DNA of 64,000 bases from Dehalococcoidales bacterium (GTDB taxonomy: Bacteria > Chloroflexota > Dehalococcoidia > Dehalococcoidales > UBA2162). The position numbers and the translations under genes are program-made. The notes under the pieces are model-generated. The model did no database searches. It was not told where the DNA came from and saw nothing but the letters and a program-made list of their open reading frames with translations. Shown piece by piece: positions 1 through 9,704 of this stretch. Location: the NCBI GenBank assembly GCA_034432095.1, contig DAOUCV010000021.1:4262-68261 (forward strand). The letters are read 5' to 3'. Within the stretch, counting starts at the first letter, position 1; every line of letters begins with the position of its first letter.

Positions 1-516
1 GAAAAAGAAGCCACCGATGGTGCCAGGAGGCAGACCGCCATCGAAAAACTCGTCTCTGAAAGGGTCAAGAAGCGGGACGAACTCTTTGAGCGGACTAGCA
101 AAGAGGTTAGCGGAGTTGAGAACTTGCTCCGCGCCTTTGCCAGATGTATTGGCTGCCACAATTGCCGGGACGTGTGCCCTATTTGTTACTGCCGTGAGTG
201 CCTGTTTGACTCGCCTACCTTTGAATGGGAGGCGGATAAGTACCTGGACTGGGCATCGAGAAAAGATGCCCTGAGGATGCCCACCGATACACTGCTCTTT
301 CACCTCACCCGGTTGAACCACATGGCAAGCTCCTGCGTAGGCTGTGGACAGTGCCAGGAGGCATGCCCCAATGACGTCCCTGTGTTCGGCATCTTCCGTA
401 TGGTCGGGGACAGGGTACAGAGAGTTTTTGACTACGTTCCCGGTCGAAGTCTTGAGGATGAGCTACCTGTATCTACCTTCAAGGAGGATGAATTACAGGA
501 GGTGGGCTACGAGTAG
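1..516 (+). CDS. Fe-S cluster-binding oxidoreductase subunit, C-terminal part (5' end lies outside the window)
   Basis: Frame 1 is open from nt 1 to TAG at 514-516. Two Cys-rich cluster motifs are present: CIGCHNCRDVCPICYCREC and CVGCGQCQEACP. It lies immediately upstream of hdrC/hdrB-like genes. Confidence 0.6.
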   Translation, partial: EKEATDGARRQTAIEKLVSERVKKRDELFERTSKEVSGVENLLRAFARCIGCHNCRDVCPICYCRECLFDSPTFEWEADKYLDWASRKDALRMPTDTLLFHLTRLNHMASSCVGCGQCQEACPNDVPVFGIFRMVGDRVQRVFDYVPGRSLEDELPVSTFKEDELQEVGYE

Positions 517-1096
517 CATTCAGTTTGCTGACCGGACCGGTGCTCAATCAATAGATGTTGCCTTTGCTCAGCAGGTGAAACGGGTGAGCGGAGAGAAACT
601 TGAGCGTTGCTATCAGTGTTCTACCTGCACTCTGGGGTGCCCCGTGTCCCCGGCGATGGATTATCACCCTGACCAGATAATCAGGATGGTTCAACTGGGG
701 TTGAAGGAGCTGGTGCTGAATAGCTCGGCGATATGGTTGTGCCTTGGCTGTGAGACCTGTGTCGCCCGGTGTCCCAACGAGATCGACATCCTGAGGGTAA
801 TGGACACTCTGAGGGAGATGTCACTTCAGGAGAAAAGGAAAGGCAAGGAAAGAATTATTCCGGCTTTTCATCGGGCTTTCCTTTATCCCATCAAGGTGCT
901 TGGTAGGCAGTATGAGCTGGGCTTGATTCTTTACCTCAAGCTGAAAAGCGGGGACCTTTTCGGTGACCTTGGGCTGGGTCTAAGGATGATTCTGAAGCGT
1001 AAGCTCCCGTTCATTCCAACTCGGATCAAAGGAGCAAAACGGGTGGGAGAGATTTTTAATAAGACTAAAGGTATTTCAGGAAGGGAGGGGGATTGA
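488..1096 (+). CDS. hdrC: heterodisulfide reductase subunit C-like protein (2x[4Fe-4S])
   Basis: Motifs CYQCSTCTLGCP and CLGCETCVARCP with HdrC-like spacing. The stop TGA overlaps the TTG start of the next gene. The start is uncertain: ATG 488 abuts AAGGAGG, and an in-frame GTG at 575 is an alternative. Confidence 0.75.
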   Translation: MNYRRWATSSIQFADRTGAQSIDVAFAQQVKRVSGEKLERCYQCSTCTLGCPVSPAMDYHPDQIIRMVQLGLKELVLNSSAIWLCLGCETCVARCPNEIDILRVMDTLREMSLQEKRKGKERIIPAFHRAFLYPIKVLGRQYELGLILYLKLKSGDLFGDLGLGLRMILKRKLPFIPTRIKGAKRVGEIFNKTKGISGREGD

Positions 1097-1947
1097 AGTA
1101 CGCTTACTACCCGGGTTGCAGTCTGGAAGCTGCCCTGGCTAAAGAGTATGACCTTTCGGTAAGGGCGGTTTCAGAGCGCCTCGGTATAGGGATGGAAGAA
1201 CTACCTGATTGGAACTGCTGCGGTGCCTCCTCCGGGCACAGCACCAGTTATCTGCTGAACCATGCCATTGTCGGGCGGAACCTGGCTATTGCGGAAAAGC
1301 AGGGTCTGGATATAGCTGCCGCCTGCCCTGCCTGCTACGTGCGACTGAAACACACCCGGCGCGAACTCAAAGAAAATGCTGAATTGAGGGAAAAGGTTGT
1401 AGAATCCGTTGGCTTGCCGTATGAGGCAAAGTATGATGTAAGACACATACTGGATGTACTGGTTAAAGACATAGGGATTGAGACAATAAAGAAGAAGGTA
1501 ACGAAACCTCTAACCAGTCTTAGACTGGTATCCTACTACGGCTGTTTCCTGGTTCGGCCGCCGAAGGTTGTTGCCTTCGACGACCCGGAGAACCCGCAGT
1601 CTATGGATACGCTGCTGGCAGCCCTGGGAGCTGAGGTTTTGGACTGGTCGGGCAAGGTGGACTGCTGCGGGGGGAGCCTCGCCCTGACCAAAAGAGACAT
1701 TGTCATCAGGCTGGTAAGCGAACTGGTGGAGATGGCACGAGGCGTGCGGGCAGAGGCGCTGGTGGCTGCCTGCCCTCTATGCCAGATGAATATCGATGGC
1801 AGACAGGATTTTGCCGCCGACCCGCTTCCTGTGTTCTACTTCACCGAGCTGATGGGGCTGGCCATGGGCGAGCGCAATGCCAGAAGCTGGTTCAAAAAAC
1901 ACTTGGTCTCACCGATGAAATTGCTGACCTCACACGGTTTACTGTGA
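1093..1947 (+). CDS. hdrB: heterodisulfide reductase subunit B-like protein (two CCG domains)
   Basis: N-terminus MKYAYYPGCS. CCG motifs DWNCCGAS and KVDCCGGS plus PACY/CPLCQ motifs. TTG start overlaps the hdrC stop (TTGA) and follows GGAAGGGAGGGGG. Confidence 0.85.
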   Translation: MKYAYYPGCSLEAALAKEYDLSVRAVSERLGIGMEELPDWNCCGASSGHSTSYLLNHAIVGRNLAIAEKQGLDIAAACPACYVRLKHTRRELKENAELREKVVESVGLPYEAKYDVRHILDVLVKDIGIETIKKKVTKPLTSLRLVSYYGCFLVRPPKVVAFDDPENPQSMDTLLAALGAEVLDWSGKVDCCGGSLALTKRDIVIRLVSELVEMARGVRAEALVAACPLCQMNIDGRQDFAADPLPVFYFTELMGLAMGERNARSWFKKHLVSPMKLLTSHGLL

Positions 1948-2012
1948 GCTTTTACCAATGTAGAACATTCATGAGCCACTGACCTTTTTGTCAATCCTTT
2001 ATGGCTTTTTGT

Positions 2013-3053
2013 TCAACTACAGGTCAATATGCGCCGTCCCGACAGGTAGAAAAAGGCTAAGCCCACGGCGATGGGCAGTATCATATAGAGAGCGAAGCCA
2101 AGGATGCTTATGTTTGGTGCTCCCGAAGATAGCTTGATAAGAAGCTCAAGTGGCGACGGGTCTAGAAAATAGGATGCGGCACCCACGGCGATGAGTGTCA
2201 TGGAATAGGTAAACTGGGCCCGCTGCCTGTCTTTGAAGAATAATGCGATAATAGCCGCACCTAATGATATGGTCACCGCATAACTTGCTGCCAATGGTAG
2301 TACCAGAGTCAACCTATCTATGCTGACACCGTTCCACTCTAAAAGCCCTGCCCACATCACTATCTGGATGAACGCCGTAATAATAGCGGCTGATATCTTG
2401 GCACCAAAGACTTGACCAGCCGATATAGGCGCAGATATCAGCGTATCGAGAGTCTTGCTCTCGAACTCCTCCGATATTGCGTCAATCACTATACTGCCAG
2501 CAATCAGCGCAGGAAACAGCATAAGGATTGGAATGAGAACGGTATAGAGAAATTCATAGGTGGAAAAGGGTTTGCTATCAAAGTCCTTATAATTGACCAT
2601 TACCCCGTTAGCCTCACGCAGATAGTCCTCGTACCTCCTCAAGGGTTTATCCAGCATGACCAGTATAACTGTCCTCTTAGCTTCCATCTTCGGCAGGATG
2701 AGCTTCATGTTGACCAGGCCTGACTGGCTCTCGGGAACAATTAATATCGTGTCAATCTGACCGGAGCGAAACGCCGCTTCAGCAGTTGCCAACTCAGGGA
2801 ACGACCTTGTACTTATTTTTTCATCCCTAAGATACGTGAGCATCGGACTGTCCGTCTGCCCAACAAACCCCGCCCTGATGATTACGTTGGTGCTCCAACC
2901 AATGGAACCAGGGTCATAGAATGCCATAACTCCCTCCAGGATAACCGAGGAAAGCGAGGCAATTAAGAACTGCACCATAATGGCGAGCATTATTGTCTTC
3001 TCTCTGGTTATTGACCTCAATTCCTTTTTCAGCAGGACAAAAAATTCACTCAC
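2013..3053 (-). CDS. ABC-2 type transporter permease
   Basis: N-terminus MSEFFVLLKKELRSITREKT and the ABC-2/NatB-like motif EEFESKTLDTLISAPIS, with multiple hydrophobic spans. GTG start overlaps the upstream stop (GTGA). Confidence 0.8.
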   Translation of the reverse strand: MSEFFVLLKKELRSITREKTIMLAIMVQFLIASLSSVILEGVMAFYDPGSIGWSTNVIIRAGFVGQTDSPMLTYLRDEKISTRSFPELATAEAAFRSGQIDTILIVPESQSGLVNMKLILPKMEAKRTVILVMLDKPLRRYEDYLREANGVMVNYKDFDSKPFSTYEFLYTVLIPILMLFPALIAGSIVIDAISEEFESKTLDTLISAPISAGQVFGAKISAAIITAFIQIVMWAGLLEWNGVSIDRLTLVLPLAASYAVTISLGAAIIALFFKDRQRAQFTYSMTLIAVGAASYFLDPSPLELLIKLSSGAPNISILGFALYMILPIAVGLAFFYLSGRRILTCS

Positions 3054-4849
3054 CCGAGTACCCCTACGAAGTATAGGTTATAGGCAGCATGAACTATAGA
3101 GCCAATGGTGATGGCTAACGGATAATATTTTGTGCCTAGGTGCTGCGTTATCAGGCTCACAACGGAAGTGCTGACGGCATGGAGGACAAGGGGCATTACC
3201 CACAACCCACCTCCAAAGACCGCAGAGATAAAAGCTGACTTAGAGACCACGGCTAATGCCAACAAGAGGAGCATCTTCTCGCCGGAAAAGAACCCCAGTG
3301 CCGAAAGTGCTGATAGCCTCAATACTTCTATCTTCGTCTTAACAATCCCGTTCTTCAGGAGGACGAATACGACGGCCGACTTGGCCAGCTCTTCTATCGT
3401 GGCTGATATGATGACCAGGAACCATAAGGAGGAGGGTATCGGCATATTACTGGCAAAGACAATTGATGTCAACTGCGCTATGAAGACTACGGGCAACAGA
3501 AAGAAATTTGATAGAAAGGTAGAAAGGTTCAGATGATTTCTGTCTACCACCAGGTCTATTGCCTCTGCTATCTTTACGTGTAACGGTTTGAAACCCATTA
3601 GGTATTCTTCGTTTAAGACACGTGTCCCGATGAACATTGCCTGGAGGAATATCAGGTACAATGGCACGGTAGCTAGAAAGTACTCTTTGGCGGCTATTGC
3701 CTCACCCCGGTACATTTCTACGGCAAGGGTCAGGGGTGAAATGTAGCTGAGGTTGCTAACCCCGGTAAGCAGAGCCGGGACGACCAGGTAAGCCATAATG
3801 ACTGAGATCACCAGAACCGAGAAAAGAGTCAGGTCTCTGAAGGTTCGGTACATTAAGGCTACCACCATATAGGCCGAAAAGATAAGCAGTGCCACGGGTG
3901 TGAATATAGCCAGGCTCAGCAGAATGTTTCCCCCCATTATCAGTGTCATCACAGTAATGACAATCCACGAGTACACCAGATAAGGAAGCATCTTGCCTAG
4001 AATGACCTGTAAGTGTGAGACCGGGGCAGATAATAGGATGACGAGTTTTCGACTTACCCGTTCCTCAGTGAAACTGCTGGCAAAGAACACGGCAACGAAT
4101 AGAATCGGCACGACGTAAGAAAAGACTAACATCACCTGAGCCAGAGGCATCGGCGGGGGCGTCAGCGATGGGATAATAATGTCCGGTTCCGACAGTACAA
4201 CTTCTTTCAGTTTTGCTAAGCCTCCATTCTCAAGAGTATCCAGCTGTTGCCTGACTTTGGCATCTATTACATCAGGCGCTGATAATGCCGGCTCCGACAG
4301 ACCAACGGAAACGGCGGGTGCCGATTCACCGCTTGCGGGCGGTTCTGGCGATAGTGGCGCCTGAGTATCTTCTTGCGGCGGTTCCCCGCCGATACTCAGG
4401 CCGGGCTCAGGTCTGTCAAGTGAAACGACTTCAACGCGAAGAGGAAAGGCGCGCTCACGCTGGTATTGTTTGGCTATTCTGAGTAAGTCCTGCTTTGCCA
4501 GGTATTCTAGCAGGGTCTCTTTGACATATTGCGACCGTCCGTCATCTCGAGCAGTAACCCCGTTTTCATCAACATATGCATCCAGAGTCCGTTGGTTCAG
4601 CATGACATGACCCTGTTCAGGGTCAAGCCTAATTACCTGAAACCGCTGGTCAACAATAGCCGGGGCATCGAAGGATATACCAACAGTATAAAGTGTCTTG
4701 CCAGGAACCATACCCTGATGATAGACTAGGTAGGAGGTAATGATGGCTAGCAGGACTATGGCTAGTATTACAAACTTCGAACGACCACCGAAGCGGAGCC
4801 TCAGGCGGGTGAGTTCCCATTTCGAAATCGTCAAGATACCCTTAATCAT
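3050..4849 (-). CDS. ABC-2 type permease fused to a C-terminal PrsW-like intramembrane protease domain
   Basis: The N-terminal part has ABC-2 features (WELTRLRLRF, TEERVSRKLVILLSAPVSHLQVILGKML). The last ~155 aa carry the four PrsW (M82) motifs in order: IEELAKS, GFFSGEK, HAVSTS, HAAYNLYF. Confidence 0.7.
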   Translation of the reverse strand: MIKGILTISKWELTRLRLRFGGRSKFVILAIVLLAIITSYLVYHQGMVPGKTLYTVGISFDAPAIVDQRFQVIRLDPEQGHVMLNQRTLDAYVDENGVTARDDGRSQYVKETLLEYLAKQDLLRIAKQYQRERAFPLRVEVVSLDRPEPGLSIGGEPPQEDTQAPLSPEPPASGESAPAVSVGLSEPALSAPDVIDAKVRQQLDTLENGGLAKLKEVVLSEPDIIIPSLTPPPMPLAQVMLVFSYVVPILFVAVFFASSFTEERVSRKLVILLSAPVSHLQVILGKMLPYLVYSWIVITVMTLIMGGNILLSLAIFTPVALLIFSAYMVVALMYRTFRDLTLFSVLVISVIMAYLVVPALLTGVSNLSYISPLTLAVEMYRGEAIAAKEYFLATVPLYLIFLQAMFIGTRVLNEEYLMGFKPLHVKIAEAIDLVVDRNHLNLSTFLSNFFLLPVVFIAQLTSIVFASNMPIPSSLWFLVIISATIEELAKSAVVFVLLKNGIVKTKIEVLRLSALSALGFFSGEKMLLLLALAVVSKSAFISAVFGGGLWVMPLVLHAVSTSVVSLITQHLGTKYYPLAITIGSIVHAAYNLYFVGVLG

Positions 4850-4861
4850 TGGGTACCGCGT

Positions 4862-5755
4862 ATGAATCCAGCCATCAAACTGAAATCGGTTACCAAATTA
4901 TATGGTAATATCACTGCCGTCAACAACCTTACCCTCGAAGTAAGCCAGGGCGAAATATTAGGCATGATTGGGCCTAACGGTGCCGGCAAGACCACCACAT
5001 TAAAGATGATAGCAGGATTGCTCACACCAACTACCGGCACAGTGGAGGTCATGGGGCAGAATGTGACCAAAGACGGTAAGCACGTCAGGAGACACATCGG
5101 CTACCTGCCCGAGGAAGACCCGCTCTACGAGAATATGACCGTCCGACAGTATCTAGGCTTCTTTTCAGAATTGTACAGCATATCAAAACCGCAGGCTAAT
5201 GAGCGTATTGATTCTCTCATCCGCTCGCTGAAACTTACGGATGATACGAAGCATAACGGCGAACTCTCTAAAGGCATGAAGAGAAAGGTTGCTGTTGCTC
5301 GTACCCTGCTTCATGACCCTTCCATACTGGTTCTCGACGAGCCCAATTCCGGTCTTGACCCACTGACATCGTTCTTTGTCAATGATTACTTAAAGAAGCT
5401 CAGTCTCCGTGGTAAAACGATTGTACTCAGTGCCCACAACCTCTTTCATATTGAGTCCGTTTGCGACCGGGTTGCCGTCATGAATAATGGAGAATTGTAT
5501 GTTTGTGATACCATCAGCTCAATCAGGGAGAGGCTGGGTAAACGAGAGTATGAGGTTGTCTTCAATGCTGATGCTGACTTAAATTATGAGATACGGGGTG
5601 GTAACTATGTACTCCGTACAGAGAGTATCAAGCAGATTGCCTCGCTATTACAGGAGATCTCCGAGCGAAACTGGACTTTGATTGACCTCTCAGTACAGCA
5701 GCCCGTTCTTGAAGAGGTGTATCTCAAACTCATAAACGATATTACCACTCACTGA
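4862..5755 (+). CDS. ABC transporter ATP-binding protein (NatA-like)
   Basis: Walker A GPNGAGKTT, signature LSKGMKRKV, Walker B LVLDEP. Divergent from the permease genes. Confidence 0.9.
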   Translation: MNPAIKLKSVTKLYGNITAVNNLTLEVSQGEILGMIGPNGAGKTTTLKMIAGLLTPTTGTVEVMGQNVTKDGKHVRRHIGYLPEEDPLYENMTVRQYLGFFSELYSISKPQANERIDSLIRSLKLTDDTKHNGELSKGMKRKVAVARTLLHDPSILVLDEPNSGLDPLTSFFVNDYLKKLSLRGKTIVLSAHNLFHIESVCDRVAVMNNGELYVCDTISSIRERLGKREYEVVFNADADLNYEIRGGNYVLRTESIKQIASLLQEISERNWTLIDLSVQQPVLEEVYLKLINDITTH

Positions 5756-5857
5756 GCAGAACGAGACTACTTTCTAAACTGGAAGGAGAATAACCGTTCG
5801 GCTCTGGCAAGGCATTGACAGATGGTATAGGCATTAGTGAAGCAGATACACAACGAT

Positions 5858-5902
5858 AATGGAGGAGGGGAGTGAAGAATTTATGTTCTCCCCTCCTCCA
5901 TT
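5858..5902. terminator. perfect 15-bp stem hairpin between convergent genes
   Basis: aatggaggaggggag (5858-5872) pairs with ctcccctcctccatt (5888-5902), followed by tt. It lies between the ABC ATPase (+) and SBP1 (-). Confidence 0.6.
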
Positions 5903-5926
5903 TTAGTCCCTCCATGGTAACCGGGC

Positions 5927-7756
5927 TTAGTAGCCCATGGACTTCCTCAGGTCTTTGTCAATCCAGACAAACTGATTCCAGTGGTAGTTCCCCCAGTAGC
6001 CTATAAAGACTTCACCAGAGTAGTTCTTCAGCCAGGGCCACCACATAGTATAAGTTGGGTAAAAGGGGGTCGGAATACAATATGCCTGCTCAATCAAATA
6101 CATACACAGCGGCCGGCATAATTCCATGGAGGCCCGGAAGTCAGTAATAGCCAGTGATTTTACTTTCTTGGCTGTTTCGTCTACGTAAGGCTCATTGATA
6201 AGACTGGCGTTCACCCAGTTTCTCGCAGCATAGAGTGACTGCTCCGGATATGAGGAATTCGGGGAGGTACCGATAGCAATCATTTCGTAAGTAATGCTGA
6301 AAGCGCGGCCTATAAGTGCGCCGAAATCTGGAACAACATCCATCTCCAGGTTAATATTGACCTTAGCCCACAGGTCCTTGATTATCGAGTAGTAGTCGAC
6401 TGCGTCCTGAGTGAGAGTCAGTTTGGCTTTGAAGCCGGTGGGATAGCCTGCCTCGGCCAGCAGTTTTTTTGCTTTCTCCGGATTATAGGTGTACAGTTCT
6501 TTTATCAGGTCGGTGCAATCCGGGTCATCGACACTGACATAGAGCGGCTCATAACCTTTAACATTAAAATAAGGCCAGCTGATGATATCGCCAAGGCCCT
6601 GGTATAAGGTTTTGTTTATCGTGTTAAAGTCCGTAGCCATCAGCAGCGCCCGGCGGACCCGGACATCATTATAAGGTGCCTGAGTTGTCTTCATGAATAT
6701 CGGATTAACACGCCATTTGCCGCGTGGCGCGGACTTGAGTTGGGGGGCGGTCTTCAGCATCAGGTCTTTATCTTCCATATTGAGACCACCGAGCTGGTCG
6801 ATCGTGCCTGTCCTCAACGCTGCCTGTGTAGTAGAAGCATCTGGCACAATGATGAACTTGAAAGTATCAACGTAGGGTAACTGGTTGCCCTTGCCGGGAC
6901 CAACCGGGTCTTTCATCCAGTAATTGGGATTCCTGTCCATTCGAACCATGTTACCGGGAATGTAATCGGTAACCACGAAGGGTCCCGTACCGACGGAATA
7001 CCTCCAGTTCGTGCAGGACTCATATCCGTATTTATTCCACAGTTCCGGTGGCATAACACGACAGCAGAGGTTCTCCCTCATTATCGCATCAAGGTGGTCT
7101 TCATACTTGTGAGTGACTTCGAACGTGTTTGGCCCAGTCTTGACTGCCGTTGGGTAGCGGACATTCGGATATAGCTGCCAGTTCTGGGCGTTCTCGTTTT
7201 TGATAATCAGGTTCCAAGTCCAGACACAGTCATCGACGGTCATTTCCCTGCCACCGACCATGCGGCTGGCTTCGCTGTCGAAAAGGGCATAGTGGACACC
7301 CTTACGAATCGTGAAACGTGTGGTAACTTCTTTGCCATCGGGACTGATTTCCCACGAATAATCTTCGGCTAGATAGCCTGTGTTAAAAGCAGGAATGTTG
7401 GTGCTCATACCCCAGTCTGTTAAACCCTCACCGTAACCGCCAGCGGGTCCTTTTGCCCAGTTTCCATCAACCATTCTCTGGTGGTCTTGTTCCTGGGGCC
7501 AGGAGGCACCGAAACTGATTAAATCCCAGTTTGGGTCGCCCACCAAGGCGACGGTAATCGTGCCACCATACTTTGGCACTTCCGGCCCGGCTGACACCAC
7601 CTCTTTCTCTTCCGCTACTTTTTCTTCCTCGGCTTTTACTACCGTTGTCTTCCCAATTTCCTCTTCCTTCGCCACTTGCTTTGGGGCACAGGATGCTATC
7701 ACCAATGATAATGCCATCAGACAACTCACTATCACCCAGGTAAAGTTCTTTTTCAA
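5927..7756 (-). CDS. ABC transporter substrate-binding lipoprotein, family 5 (peptide/nickel/opine type), paralogue 1
   Basis: Signal peptide plus lipobox (LSLVIASCAPK), an acidic EEEKVAEEKE linker, and a DppA/OppA-like body. C-terminus KSMGY is shared with the two paralogues. TTG start after GAGGTG. Confidence 0.85.
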   Translation of the reverse strand: MKKNFTWVIVSCLMALSLVIASCAPKQVAKEEEIGKTTVVKAEEEKVAEEKEVVSAGPEVPKYGGTITVALVGDPNWDLISFGASWPQEQDHQRMVDGNWAKGPAGGYGEGLTDWGMSTNIPAFNTGYLAEDYSWEISPDGKEVTTRFTIRKGVHYALFDSEASRMVGGREMTVDDCVWTWNLIIKNENAQNWQLYPNVRYPTAVKTGPNTFEVTHKYEDHLDAIMRENLCCRVMPPELWNKYGYESCTNWRYSVGTGPFVVTDYIPGNMVRMDRNPNYWMKDPVGPGKGNQLPYVDTFKFIIVPDASTTQAALRTGTIDQLGGLNMEDKDLMLKTAPQLKSAPRGKWRVNPIFMKTTQAPYNDVRVRRALLMATDFNTINKTLYQGLGDIISWPYFNVKGYEPLYVSVDDPDCTDLIKELYTYNPEKAKKLLAEAGYPTGFKAKLTLTQDAVDYYSIIKDLWAKVNINLEMDVVPDFGALIGRAFSITYEMIAIGTSPNSSYPEQSLYAARNWVNASLINEPYVDETAKKVKSLAITDFRASMELCRPLCMYLIEQAYCIPTPFYPTYTMWWPWLKNYSGEVFIGYWGNYHWNQFVWIDKDLRKSMGY

Positions 7757-7874
7757 TTGTTATTTCACCTCGCTAATAAGTCTTTTCTGCATATTTTAGT
7801 GTATTTGACCCTCGTCTTTTGCCATTTTCAGTTGCCTATCTCAACGGCGCACCTCCTTCTCTCTATCAGACTGG

Positions 7875-7925
7875 AAAAGGGGATGAACGACCGCTGTATG
7901 AATTAGCGGTTCAAATGCCCCTTTA
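7875..7925 (-). promoter_or_regulatory. terminator-like hairpin inside the SBP1 5' leader (candidate attenuator)
   Basis: The sense strand reads AAAGGGGCAttTGAACCGC...GCGGTcgttcatCCCCTTTTcc. The same two-helix architecture recurs in the SBP2 leader, with the outer helix changed on both strands. Confidence 0.5.
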
Positions 7926-7993
7926 TCCACAACGTCCTTTCTCTCCATCTTTATGTGATTCCCACTTTTTCTATGCATGTAGAGTACTCTAGT

Positions 7994-8023
7994 ATTATCC
8001 CTATTATCCCTGAAATTTGTCAA
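7994..8023 (-). promoter_or_regulatory. sigma70-like promoter of SBP1
   Basis: On the minus strand: TTGACA (8023-8018), 18-nt spacer, GATAAT (7999-7994). It lies about 240 nt upstream of the start codon. Confidence 0.5.
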
Positions 8024-8095
8024 GAATAGTCAAGCCCCCATAATCCGTGGATTTTTGAAAAAGGTAGGGATCAGGAGGATAAAGGTGGAGGCCAT

Positions 8096-9598
8096 CTACG
8101 GTCTCGTGGCCCAGTCACGGGCACGCTCCACTGCTCGTTTCCAGTCCGCGTAAAGGGTCTCCCGTTTATCCGGGGACATTTTAGGCTCGTAGCTGGTGGA
8201 GCTCTGCCATTGCTGTGCGATTTCATCGGTGCTGTGCCATAGCCCCACGCTCAGACCGGCCAGGTAGGCGGCCCCCAGCGCGGTAGTCTCGGCCAGACAA
8301 GCCCGCTGTACAGGGATACCTAATATATCTGCCTGGAACTGCATTAGCAGGTTGTTGCTGCTACCACCGCCATCCACACGTAATACCGGGACTTCCAAGT
8401 GTGCCTCGGCTTTCATGGTATCAATGACGTCGCGGGCCTGGTAGGCAATGGACTCCAGCACCGCCCGGGCGATGTGTCCCTTTTGGCTGCCTCTAGTAAT
8501 GCCTACCATAGTACCCCGGGCGTACATGTCCCAGTAAGGGGCTCCCAGCCCTACCAGGGCGGGGACGAAGTAAACCCCACCGTTGTCCGGTACACTCGCA
8601 GCTAGGGTTTCCACTTCAGCGGCTGTCTTTATCAGCCCGAGTCCGTCGCGCAACCACTGGACGGCTGCTCCTGTAATGAAGATGCTCCCTTCCAGGGCAT
8701 AGGCCACCTTATCTCCCAGACCCCAGGCGGGAGTAGTTATCAGTCCGGCACGGGAAAAGACCGGCCTATCACCAGTGTTGACGAGGACGAACGAGCCAGT
8801 GCCGTAAGTGTTCTTGGCCATGCCCTTTTGATGGCAGGCCTGGCCGAAGAGCGCTGCCTGCTGGTCGCCAGCGATACCCGCGATGGGAATGCGGGCATTT
8901 CCCAAAAGCCCGGCGTTGGTTTCCCCAAAAATCCGACTGGAAGACAGGACTTCAGGCAGCATCACCTTCGGGATGTCCAGCAGGTCAAGGAGCTCTTGGT
9001 CCCATTGCAATGTATTGATGTTGAACAGCATGGTACGGCTGGCATTGCTGTAATCGGTAATATGGGTCCTGCCCCCGGTGAAGTTCCAGACAAGCCAGCT
9101 ATCAATCGTCCCGCAGACCAGGTCACCCCTTTCGGCGCGGTGCTGTCCGTCGGGGATATTATCCAGCAGCCAGCGGATTTTCGTGGCAGAAAAATAGGCA
9201 TCAATAGGGAGTCCCGTCCTCTGCTGGATGAAGGGCTCTAGTCCTTTTTGTTTGAGCTCCTCACACAGTGCCGCGGTACGCCGGCATTGCCAGACGATGG
9301 CGTTGTAAACCGGCCTACCGCTACTACGCTCCCAGACCACGACTGTCTCGCGCTGGTTGGTGATGCCCAGCCCTTTGACGGCGGCAATCGGCACGCCTGC
9401 CTGGCGCATTACTTCCCCGGCCAGGGCGATGCAGTTCTGGAGAATCTCAATAGGGTCGTGCTCCACCCAGCCCGGCCGGGGAAAAATCTGGCGTATCTCG
9501 CGATAAGCGCGGGAGACTACCCTGCCGCTGGCATCGAAGAGCAAGACCGTGCTGCCTGTGGTCCCTTGGTCGATGGCCAAAATGTAGCCTGTTGACAT
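8096..9598 (-). CDS. glpK: glycerol kinase
   Basis: 500 aa. N-terminus [18 protein letters not shown] and GlpK-typical blocks throughout ([31 protein letters not shown]). Confidence 0.95.
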   Translation of the reverse strand: MSTGYILAIDQGTTGSTVLLFDASGRVVSRAYREIRQIFPRPGWVEHDPIEILQNCIALAGEVMRQAGVPIAAVKGLGITNQRETVVVWERSSGRPVYNAIVWQCRRTAALCEELKQKGLEPFIQQRTGLPIDAYFSATKIRWLLDNIPDGQHRAERGDLVCGTIDSWLVWNFTGGRTHITDYSNASRTMLFNINTLQWDQELLDLLDIPKVMLPEVLSSSRIFGETNAGLLGNARIPIAGIAGDQQAALFGQACHQKGMAKNTYGTGSFVLVNTGDRPVFSRAGLITTPAWGLGDKVAYALEGSIFITGAAVQWLRDGLGLIKTAAEVETLAASVPDNGGVYFVPALVGLGAPYWDMYARGTMVGITRGSQKGHIARAVLESIAYQARDVIDTMKAEAHLEVPVLRVDGGGSSNNLLMQFQADILGIPVQRACLAETTALGAAYLAGLSVGLWHSTDEIAQQWQSSTSYEPKMSPDKRETLYADWKRAVERARDWATRP

Positions 9599-9704
9599 AA
9601 TATTCGCCCTATTTATTACTCTCTAAAACGTTGCCCCGAGGCGGCGTGTGCGATAACTTTCCGCTGTTAGGGCGCTGAAAATCTCTTTTCAAGTGTTTAT
9701 CTTC

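Noticed and set aside
7841-8023. 60-aa ORF (MTNFRDNRDN...) inside the SBP1 leader.
   Set aside because: The homologous SBP2 leader has stop codons in the corresponding frame (atg caa taa). The conservation is therefore at the RNA/DNA level, not the peptide level, and there is no convincing RBS.
9617-9629. 13-mer tactctctaaaac (reverse complement GTTTTAGAGAGTA, reminiscent of a type II CRISPR repeat start), also present at 19176-19188.
   Set aside because: There are only two copies, ~9.5 kb apart, with no repeat-spacer periodicity. By my rough estimate, some 13-mer repeats are expected by chance in 64 kb. No cas genes are present.
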